A stretch of 64,000 nucleotides of DNA from Eubacteriales bacterium (lineage in GTDB: Bacteria; Bacillota; Clostridia; Oscillospirales; CAG-272), in NCBI GenBank assembly GCA_045543375.1, contig JAZQMI010000119.1, positions 5,236 through 69,235 on the forward strand, in the 5' to 3' direction. Below are positions 28,008 to 35,545 of this stretch, piece after piece; within the stretch, counting starts at the first letter, position 1, and each line of letters begins with the position of its first letter. The position numbers and the translations under genes are program-made. The notes below the pieces were generated by a model. The model worked only from the letters and a program-made list of their open reading frames with translations. It was not told the origin of the DNA and made no database searches.

Positions 28008-29711
28008 ATGCTTTGGTTGTATATTTTGATTGGCGCGCTGCTTTTTACGCTTGTCACCGCAGCAATATGCTTTTATTTTACGTTTTATTCGCGCAAAAGA
28101 AAACCGCTTGGCGAGGACGAATTTGAATTTCCGCAGGGTAGGATATACGAGCCGTACCATGAGGATATGATGAAATGGATGCGCGAGATACGCAGCATGC
28201 CGCATGAAGACGTTTCCATTATCTCGTTTGACGGTTTGACCTTACGCGGCAAATATTATGAATACAAGAAGGACGCTCCGCTTGAAATTTTGTTTCACGG
28301 TTATCGCGGAACGGCAGAGCGCGATCTGTGCGGTGCGGTGCGTCGTTGCTTTGCGCTTGGTCGAAGCGCTTTGATTGTCGAGCAGCGAGCGGCAGGAGCG
28401 AGCGATGGTCACGTGATCTCCTTTGGCATCAACGAGCACCGAGATTGCCTTGACTGGGTCAATTTCTGCATCGAACACTTTGGCGATGACGTCCGGATTA
28501 TCATCACGGGCATTTCTATGGGCGCGACGACCGTTCTTCTTGCGGCCGGCGACGACCATCTTCCTCCCAACGTGATCGGCGCATTGGCGGATTGCGGCTT
28601 CAGCTCAGCCAAGGAGATCATTCAAAAGGTGATCCGGCAGATCCATCTGCCCGTATTCCCAACCTACGCGCTTATCCGCCTTGGCGGCCGTTTGTTTGGC
28701 GGCTTTGATATTGAGCAAAGATCTGCGCTCGAGGCCATGCACTCTTGCCGCATTCCCGTCATCTTTTTTCACGGCGATAGCGACGACTTCGTGCCGTGTG
28801 ACATGAGCGTTCGCATGTTCGAGGCCTGCGCGTCGGAGCATAAAAAGCTTGTGAAAGTCCCGGGAGCAGGGCACGGAGTGGCGTATATCATTGATAAGGG
28901 AAGCTACATACAAAACGTCAAGGAGTTTGACGCGGAGTGTGAAGTGCCAGCGACGCTCAGCACTAAAAAGTGCCCGAACTCTTCTGAAAAACAACCTTCT
29001 ATAAGTGTGAAAGATGTTGCTAAGCATATCACCCCTTTTTTTAAAGAAAACGGATTTACTAAAAATGGAAATTACTTTTTTAAATTGGACGGGTGTTGCC
29101 TGTTTATTGTTTCTTTTGAACCTTGCTCTGAGATAAGACCGGGTTTCTTTGTTTATCCGTTATTTTATCCTTTTGAATTTAAAGCTCTTGAATTTGGAAG
29201 CCATATTTATTGTTACAGAAACTGTGGAGTTAAGGATTTGAACAGAAAATGCAGTCAATCCGAATTTAAAGGTTGGATTTCTCGATTGGAAGCCGTTTTG
29301 AAAAATGATGTGTTCGTACACTTTGAAAAAATAAATTCATTGCCAAAACTGGAGGAATTCCTCAATTGCGGTTATATGTTTGTTCGCAGATATTGGAATA
29401 ACACCACTCCCGATAGTTATTTCGCGCTTAAAGCATACACTGATTTTTTATGTGATAAAAAAGAAAGAATGCAAAAAAGCATTGAACAAGGAATTTATCA
29501 TATCAATGATTTTCCTACTTCCGAGCATATAAAGAAGGAACGTCGGGACAAGTTGGATGTTCTGATAGATATGATTGAGAAACCTGATGAAGAAAAAAGA
29601 AATTTTGTTGATGGTATTGTGAAAAATACACTGTATGAATGTTTAGGAAAAAACTGGGAGAGCCTGATAAAAGATGCCGTGACTTTTCCAGTTGATTTCA
29701 CTAATGCTTGA
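28008..29711 (+). CDS. membrane-anchored alpha/beta hydrolase fused to an AT-rich C-terminal domain of unknown function
   Basis: 567-aa ORF with an N-terminal TM helix, the nucleophile elbow GISMG, and later D and H (GAGHG) residues. From about codon 320 the composition drops sharply and the sequence (...HITPFFKENGFTKNGNYFFK...) no longer resembles hydrolases. Confidence 0.8.
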   Translation: MLWLYILIGALLFTLVTAAICFYFTFYSRKRKPLGEDEFEFPQGRIYEPYHEDMMKWMREIRSMPHEDVSIISFDGLTLRGKYYEYKKDAPLEILFHGYRGTAERDLCGAVRRCFALGRSALIVEQRAAGASDGHVISFGINEHRDCLDWVNFCIEHFGDDVRIIITGISMGATTVLLAAGDDHLPPNVIGALADCGFSSAKEIIQKVIRQIHLPVFPTYALIRLGGRLFGGFDIEQRSALEAMHSCRIPVIFFHGDSDDFVPCDMSVRMFEACASEHKKLVKVPGAGHGVAYIIDKGSYIQNVKEFDAECEVPATLSTKKCPNSSEKQPSISVKDVAKHITPFFKENGFTKNGNYFFKLDGCCLFIVSFEPCSEIRPGFFVYPLFYPFEFKALEFGSHIYCYRNCGVKDLNRKCSQSEFKGWISRLEAVLKNDVFVHFEKINSLPKLEEFLNCGYMFVRRYWNNTTPDSYFALKAYTDFLCDKKERMQKSIEQGIYHINDFPTSEHIKKERRDKLDVLIDMIEKPDEEKRNFVDGIVKNTLYECLGKNWESLIKDAVTFPVDFTNA

Positions 29712-29717
29712 AACAAT

Positions 29718-29750
29718 AAAAAAGCCGCACCTTTTGGAGCGGCTTTTTTT
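29718..29750. terminator. bidirectional intrinsic terminator
   Basis: AAAAAGCCGC ... GCGGCTTTTTTT hairpin between convergent genes. Confidence 0.8.
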
Positions 29751-29763
29751 AATATTGATCACT

Positions 29764-31374
29764 TCACAGCGAAATACCGGTAATACCTTTTTCCTTTTGA
29801 TGCTCAACAAATTCCTCGTAGGTACCATGGAAATCCTGCCAGCCGTCGGGGCGCAACTCAATGATGCGGTTGGCGACCGTATTGACGATCTCATAGTCGT
29901 GCGAGGAGAAGAGAATGTTGCCCTTGAAGTCCGAAAGGCCGTTATTGACGGCGGTGATCGATTCAAGGTCAAGGTGGTTGGTCGGCTGATCGAGGATCAG
30001 CGCATTGGAGCCGAACAGCATCATACGCGAGAACATGCAGCGCACCTTCTCACCACCCGAGAGCACCTGCACCTGCTTGAACACGCTTTCGTTGGAGAAG
30101 AGCATTCTGCCAAGGAAATTGCGAAGATAAGACTCGGTCTGGTCGGAGGAATACCGGCGCATCCAGTCGATGATGCTATCCTCACAGCCCTCAAAATATT
30201 CGGTGTTATCGCGCGGAAAGTAGGACTTAGTGATGCTCACGCCCCACTTGAATTCACCGCCGGAGGGCTCGATCTCCTCCATGAGAATACGGAACAGCGC
30301 AGTAATGGAGCGGTCGTTGCCGACAAAGGCGATTTTGTCGTTTTTGCCGACCATAAACGAAAGATTTTCAAACAGCACCTCGCCATCAACCGTGGCAGAC
30401 AGATTTTTGACCGTCAAAATATCCTTGCCGGGCTCGCGGTCCATATCAAAGCCGATGAAAGGATAGCGGCGAGAGGAGGCGGGCAGCTCGTAAACAGTCA
30501 GCTTTTCAAGCAGATTGCGGCGGCTGGTCGCCTGACGCGCTTTGGATTTGTTGGCAGAGAAACGTGAAATAAAGGCTTGCAGCTCGCGAATCTTTTCCTC
30601 ATTACGTTTGTTCTGTTGCTTGATCACGCGCTGCACGAGCTGGCTGGATTCATACCAGAATTCGTAGTTACCCACGTACATTTTGATGCCGCCGTAGTCG
30701 ATATCTACGATGTTGGTGCACACATCGTTGAGGAAGTGACGGTCATGCGATACGACCAGCACGGTACCCTCGTAATCCGCAAGAAAGTCCTCAAGCCACA
30801 TGACCGCGTCCAGGTCAAGACCGTTCGTCGGCTCGTCAAGCAATATAATACCGGGGCGGCCGAACAGCGCTTGTGCCAGCAGCACCTTGACCTTCTCACC
30901 CTCAGTCAACTGATCCATGGTCTGCCAGAGCACCTCCTCGGAAAGTCCCAAGCCCTGAATCAGACGCGACACCTCGGATTCCGCTTCCCAACCGTTAAGC
31001 TCGGCGAATTCCGCCTCCAGTTCAGAAGCACGGACACCGTCTTCGTCCGAAAAGTCCTCCTTTTCGTAGAGCGCATCTTTTTCTTTCATAATCTCATAAA
31101 GGCGCGCGTTGCCCATGATAACCGTGTCAAGCACGGTATACTCCTCAAAAGCATAGTGATCCTGACGCAACACGGACATTCTCTCGTCCTCGGGAATATA
31201 GATCTCACCCGTTGAGGGCTCAAGCTCACCGCAGAGCAGCTTGAGAAAAGTAGACTTGCCGGCACCGTTGGCACCGATAACGCCGTAGCAGTTGCCCGGC
31301 GTGAATTTCAGGTCAACGTCCTTGAACAACTGTTGACCGCCAAAATGAAAGCTGAGATTGGAAACGGTAATCAT
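29764..31374 (-). CDS. ABC-F family ATPase (YbiT-like translation factor type)
   Basis: 536 aa with two ABC cassettes (GANGAGKST; LSGGE; second cassette LSGGEKVR) and no TM domain. The N-terminus parallels E. coli YbiT. Confidence 0.88.
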   Translation of the reverse strand: MITVSNLSFHFGGQQLFKDVDLKFTPGNCYGVIGANGAGKSTFLKLLCGELEPSTGEIYIPEDERMSVLRQDHYAFEEYTVLDTVIMGNARLYEIMKEKDALYEKEDFSDEDGVRASELEAEFAELNGWEAESEVSRLIQGLGLSEEVLWQTMDQLTEGEKVKVLLAQALFGRPGIILLDEPTNGLDLDAVMWLEDFLADYEGTVLVVSHDRHFLNDVCTNIVDIDYGGIKMYVGNYEFWYESSQLVQRVIKQQNKRNEEKIRELQAFISRFSANKSKARQATSRRNLLEKLTVYELPASSRRYPFIGFDMDREPGKDILTVKNLSATVDGEVLFENLSFMVGKNDKIAFVGNDRSITALFRILMEEIEPSGGEFKWGVSITKSYFPRDNTEYFEGCEDSIIDWMRRYSSDQTESYLRNFLGRMLFSNESVFKQVQVLSGGEKVRCMFSRMMLFGSNALILDQPTNHLDLESITAVNNGLSDFKGNILFSSHDYEIVNTVANRIIELRPDGWQDFHGTYEEFVEHQKEKGITGISL

Positions 31375-31487
31375 GTAAACTCCTTGTTTTTTATATTTTT
31401 GATGATATCATTGACCGATTTCGACTTGAAAAGTCACGGCCTTTATGATAGAATAGATACATAGAATATTTGAAAGGGGAAACGCAC

Positions 31488-32765
31488 ATGCGTACGCTCG
31501 GTATTGATATAGGAACCACCAAGATCGCGGCCGCCTCGGTCGATCTTCTCACGGGGGAGGTGCGCCCTTGCGGCACGTGTGCAACACCAACGCTGCCACC
31601 GTCCTTTGAGGGCGAGCATATTCAGGATGCCGTCAAGATCGTTCGTATCGTAAAGCGGATGATAGACGAGTGCATAAACGATGACGTATGTGCCATCGGA
31701 CTGTCCGGTCAGATGCACGGTATTGTTTATCTGGACGCCAAGGGACAAGTTCTCAGCCCGCTTTATACCTGGCAGGACACGCGCGGCACAGCCAATGCAA
31801 AAGTACTTGGCATCAGCACCGGCTACGGACATGCCACGCACGCCTATAACGCTGAGCACGGACTTGTACCCGACGACGCCGTGGGCTACGCAACCATCGC
31901 AGATGCCGTTTGTACGGCGCTGTGTGGCAGCACTGCGCCCGTTTTGCATGCAAGCAATGCGGCGTCGCTCGGTTGCTTTGATATTGACAAAAGCCGCTTT
32001 ACCAAATTACTCAAAGAGGATTATCCTTATGAGATTGAAAGCGGTTACCGCATTGCGGGCACATATTGCGGCATTCCGGTAGCCATCGGTATCGGCGATA
32101 ATCAAGCGTCGGTGCTTGGCGGCGGCTGCTGCGTAGGTGACATGCTGATCAATATCGGAACAGGCTCGCAGGTTTCCGTGCTTTCCGACCAATGTGTAAC
32201 AGGCGAGGGCATTGAGGTGCGTCCCGGATTTGACGGTAACTATTTGCTGGTCGGTGCCGCCCTGTGCGGTGGACGAGCCTACGCTATGCTGCACGATTTC
32301 TTTTGTGACGTAGTCGAAATGGCTACGGGCGAGCGCCCTCGAGATCTGTATGCGGTAATGAACCGTTATCAGCAAAATGCCACTGATGCCTCGCTTCGCT
32401 TTGACAATGCTTTTTGCGGTACGCGGCAAAATCCTGCGCAGCGCGGCAGCATTCGCGGCATCAGCATTGATAATTTCACGCCTCGCGAATTTTGTCTTGG
32501 TATATTGGAGGGCATTGTTGGCGAGCTCGCAGAGTTGGCTTTTTCTATCGGGACTCCCGTGAACAATTTGGTCGGAGCGGGGAATGCGCTTCGCAAAAAT
32601 CCGCTGTTACAGCAGCTTTGTGAAAAGCGATTCGGTATACCCCTCCGAACGCCCGGATACCGTGAAGAGGCGGCAGTCGGTGCAGCGCTCTACGCTGCTA
32701 TCAGTTCAAAGGCCTTGCCTTGCCTTGACGATGCGGTCACCATGATCAAAGCCCAAAAGCCTTGA
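31488..32765 (+). CDS. FGGY-family carbohydrate kinase (sedoheptulokinase/xylulokinase-like)
   Basis: GIDIGTTK N-terminal motif, a GQMHG block and FGGY C-terminal domain features. Start at ATG 31488 with AAAGGGGA upstream. Confidence 0.75.
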   Translation: MRTLGIDIGTTKIAAASVDLLTGEVRPCGTCATPTLPPSFEGEHIQDAVKIVRIVKRMIDECINDDVCAIGLSGQMHGIVYLDAKGQVLSPLYTWQDTRGTANAKVLGISTGYGHATHAYNAEHGLVPDDAVGYATIADAVCTALCGSTAPVLHASNAASLGCFDIDKSRFTKLLKEDYPYEIESGYRIAGTYCGIPVAIGIGDNQASVLGGGCCVGDMLINIGTGSQVSVLSDQCVTGEGIEVRPGFDGNYLLVGAALCGGRAYAMLHDFFCDVVEMATGERPRDLYAVMNRYQQNATDASLRFDNAFCGTRQNPAQRGSIRGISIDNFTPREFCLGILEGIVGELAELAFSIGTPVNNLVGAGNALRKNPLLQQLCEKRFGIPLRTPGYREEAAVGAALYAAISSKALPCLDDAVTMIKAQKP

Positions 32766-32971
32766 TAGGCAAAACAACGTTATCATACCATAAAATGCGC
32801 CAAATGTCAACCATTTCTTGCATAGTAAAATTCATACAATGAGCAGCGAAAATGGAATGTTTTTATGTATTTTAAGAAGATACGGAAACTTTTCTCGAAT
32901 GTAATTGCTTTTTGTCGAGAATTGTGGTATAATCGTCTTGATAAATTATGACGAACGAAAGGGAATATGTC

Positions 32972-34387
32972 ATGAAGCCTTTTATGAATCAAGAGTTTTT
33001 ACTCGACACGCCGGTGGCATCGTGCCTGTATCACGACTACGCCGAGCCGCTGCCTATCATCGACTATCACTGTCACCTCTCGCCCGCGGAGATCGCCCAG
33101 GATAAGTCCTTTACCAATATCACCGAGGCATGGCTGTACGGTGACCATTACAAGTGGCGCGGTATGCGCTCGTGCGGCATTGACGAGAAATACATCACAG
33201 GGGACGCTTCCGACTATGAGAAGTTCCGCGCCTATTGCTCGGCCATGCCCAAACTCGCCGGCAACCCGCTGTACCATTGGAGCCACCTGGAACTTCGCCG
33301 CTATTTCGACTGCGATCTGTTGCTCAACGAGAAAAACTGCGACGAGATCTGGCGCATCACGTCTGAAAAATTTGCCAAGGGCGGCATGAGTGCACGTGCG
33401 CTCATGGTCAAGTCGGGCGTTAAACTCGTTTGCACGACCGACGATCCCGCCGACACGCTGGAATATCACAAGGCACTTGCCGACGAGGGCTTTGAAGTCA
33501 AGGTCCTTCCCGCCTTCCGCCCCGATAAGAGCATGAATATTGAGCGTCGCGGCATCGTTGAATATCTCAAAAAGTTAGGTGCATCCGAGGGAATTGAGAT
33601 CAACGACCTTGCATCCTTGCAGGCCGCGCTCCGCCACTCGCTCGACCGTTTCTGCGCGCTGGGCTGCCGTACGGCCGACCACGGCATGGACAACTACGTC
33701 CGCTTCGCCGTTCCCAACGAATACGCTGCAGATCAGATCCTCAAAAAGGCTCTCGCCAGCGACGGCGCCGACGTGACCGAAGACGAGCTGTCGCTCTACC
33801 AGACGCAGATGAACCGTTTCCTGGGTCAGGAATACAAAAAGCGCGATATGGTACTCCAGCTTCATTTTGGCGTACTGCGTAACCCCAATAAGACTATGTT
33901 TGAAAAGCTCGGTCCCGACGCGGGATACGATACCATTCACGGTCAGAACTGCATCGCATCGCTCGCGGGGCTTTTGAACTATCTCAATGGTCGTGACGCT
34001 CTGCCGCGCACCATTCTGTATTCGATCAATCCTTGCGACAACGAGGCCGTCGGTACGCTGTGCGGCAGCTTCTGTTCGAATTCGGACGGACTCCCCACCG
34101 TCGTGCAGGGAAGTGCTTGGTGGTTCAACGACAATATCGACGGCATGGACGCCCAGATGCGCTCCTACGCCAACCTCGCCGGCCTTGGTAACTTCCTTGG
34201 TATGCTGACCGACTCGCGCAGCTTTATGTCTTATCCTCGCCACGAGTATTTCCGCCGCATTCTTTGCCGTCTGGTCGGCGAATGGGTAGAAAAGGGTCTT
34301 GTTCCCGACGACGAGGAATTGCTCTCCTCGCTGATCGCAAACATTTGCTATCACAACGCTAATCGCTATTTCCATTTTGATATTTAA
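32972..34387 (+). CDS. uxaC: glucuronate isomerase
   Basis: The F..E.FLL....A..LY......PIIDYHCHL N-terminus and WWFND block are characteristic of UxaC. Confidence 0.93.
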   Translation: MKPFMNQEFLLDTPVASCLYHDYAEPLPIIDYHCHLSPAEIAQDKSFTNITEAWLYGDHYKWRGMRSCGIDEKYITGDASDYEKFRAYCSAMPKLAGNPLYHWSHLELRRYFDCDLLLNEKNCDEIWRITSEKFAKGGMSARALMVKSGVKLVCTTDDPADTLEYHKALADEGFEVKVLPAFRPDKSMNIERRGIVEYLKKLGASEGIEINDLASLQAALRHSLDRFCALGCRTADHGMDNYVRFAVPNEYAADQILKKALASDGADVTEDELSLYQTQMNRFLGQEYKKRDMVLQLHFGVLRNPNKTMFEKLGPDAGYDTIHGQNCIASLAGLLNYLNGRDALPRTILYSINPCDNEAVGTLCGSFCSNSDGLPTVVQGSAWWFNDNIDGMDAQMRSYANLAGLGNFLGMLTDSRSFMSYPRHEYFRRILCRLVGEWVEKGLVPDDEELLSSLIANICYHNANRYFHFDI

Positions 34388-34395
34388 TGAAAAGG

Positions 34396-34429
34396 ACCGC
34401 CGGGCTGAATTCAGCTCGGCGGTTTTTTA
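34396..34429 (+). terminator. intrinsic terminator after uxaC
   Basis: ACCGCCGGGCTGAA / TTCAGCTCGGCGGT stem followed by TTTTTT. Confidence 0.85.
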
Positions 34430-35461
34430 TTCTTCGTCTTGTGGTCGTGCAACCTCGGGCAGCGGCTTTGCCTTGCTTGCCAAGGGATTCATTTCCATTG
34501 CACTTTGCATATGCGCATCGCTGACGTGGGTGTAGATCTGCGTGGTGTTGAGCTGTTCATGGCCGAGAATATCCTTGAGCACGCGCACGTCCACCTTGCC
34601 CGATTGATACATGAGCGTCGCAGCCGTATGGCGCAGCTTGTGGACCGAATAGCGTTTGGCTTCAAGACCCGCCATGGTAAGATACTTATAAACGATATGC
34701 TGCACCGTTTTGACGCTGATTTGCTCATCGCGATTCGAAAGGAACAGCGCGCGCGTTTTTACGTGGGCATATTCAGGACCGGTTCGTTCCATAATGAGGG
34801 GAACCAGTACGGCGCGACAGGCCTCGTTTAGATAAACAATACGTTCCTTGTTTCCTTTACCGACGACACGCATGGAGCGCAGCTCGGGGTCAAGATCACT
34901 CAGCTTGATGCCGACCAATTCGGATACACGCATGCCGCAGTTCAGAAACAGCGTCAGCATAGCGTAGTCGCGCACGCGGTTTCTGGATTGCGTATCGTTG
35001 CGCACGCTCTCCAAGAGGGCAATGCTTTCTCCCAGGGTTAGAAACTTGGGGAGAGCCTTTTTTTGTTTGGGGGATTCAATGTTTTGAACGGGATTATTGT
35101 CAATATAATTGCGTTTGTTGACAAGATATTTGTAGAGCCCCTTGATGGAGGAGAGCTTGCGCGCTTTTGCGGCAGATTGATTGAGGCGCGTATTGCCCGT
35201 ATACATGAGAAAATCGTATATCTGGGCGGTCGTGATTTTGGATATGCGCCCAAGGTCCATCACGCGAACGTCAATCTCGGTGAATTCCTTCGATTGAGGA
35301 TCAATACCTCGCTCCTTGGCCAGTAAATAGCGAAAGAAGGTGCGAAGATCAAGTAAATATTCATCGACCGTCTTGGCAGAACAACCTTGAATGCCCAGCT
35401 TATATGAAGCGAATTCCTGAACAACGTCCGAAAATTCTGAAACCGATATTTCTTGTCCCAT
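34427..35461 (-). CDS. tyrosine site-specific recombinase (XerC/XerD/integrase family)
   Basis: Has a SAM-like N-domain (..TVDEYLLDLRTFFRYL..) and the catalytic set R (GMRVSEL), K, H..R (HKLRHTAAT), H (LGHEQL) and Y (TQIYTH). Start at ATG 35461 with GGAGGTG upstream. A TTGAAA-17-TATAAT promoter lies upstream. Confidence 0.88.
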   Translation of the reverse strand: MGQEISVSEFSDVVQEFASYKLGIQGCSAKTVDEYLLDLRTFFRYLLAKERGIDPQSKEFTEIDVRVMDLGRISKITTAQIYDFLMYTGNTRLNQSAAKARKLSSIKGLYKYLVNKRNYIDNNPVQNIESPKQKKALPKFLTLGESIALLESVRNDTQSRNRVRDYAMLTLFLNCGMRVSELVGIKLSDLDPELRSMRVVGKGNKERIVYLNEACRAVLVPLIMERTGPEYAHVKTRALFLSNRDEQISVKTVQHIVYKYLTMAGLEAKRYSVHKLRHTAATLMYQSGKVDVRVLKDILGHEQLNTTQIYTHVSDAHMQSAMEMNPLASKAKPLPEVARPQDEE

Positions 35462-35545
35462 ATGACACCTCCTATACAATTTCCTATATTATACACCTTT
35501 TGATACAAAATTTCAATCCCTTTGTAACAAATATTCAAGCGCGAG

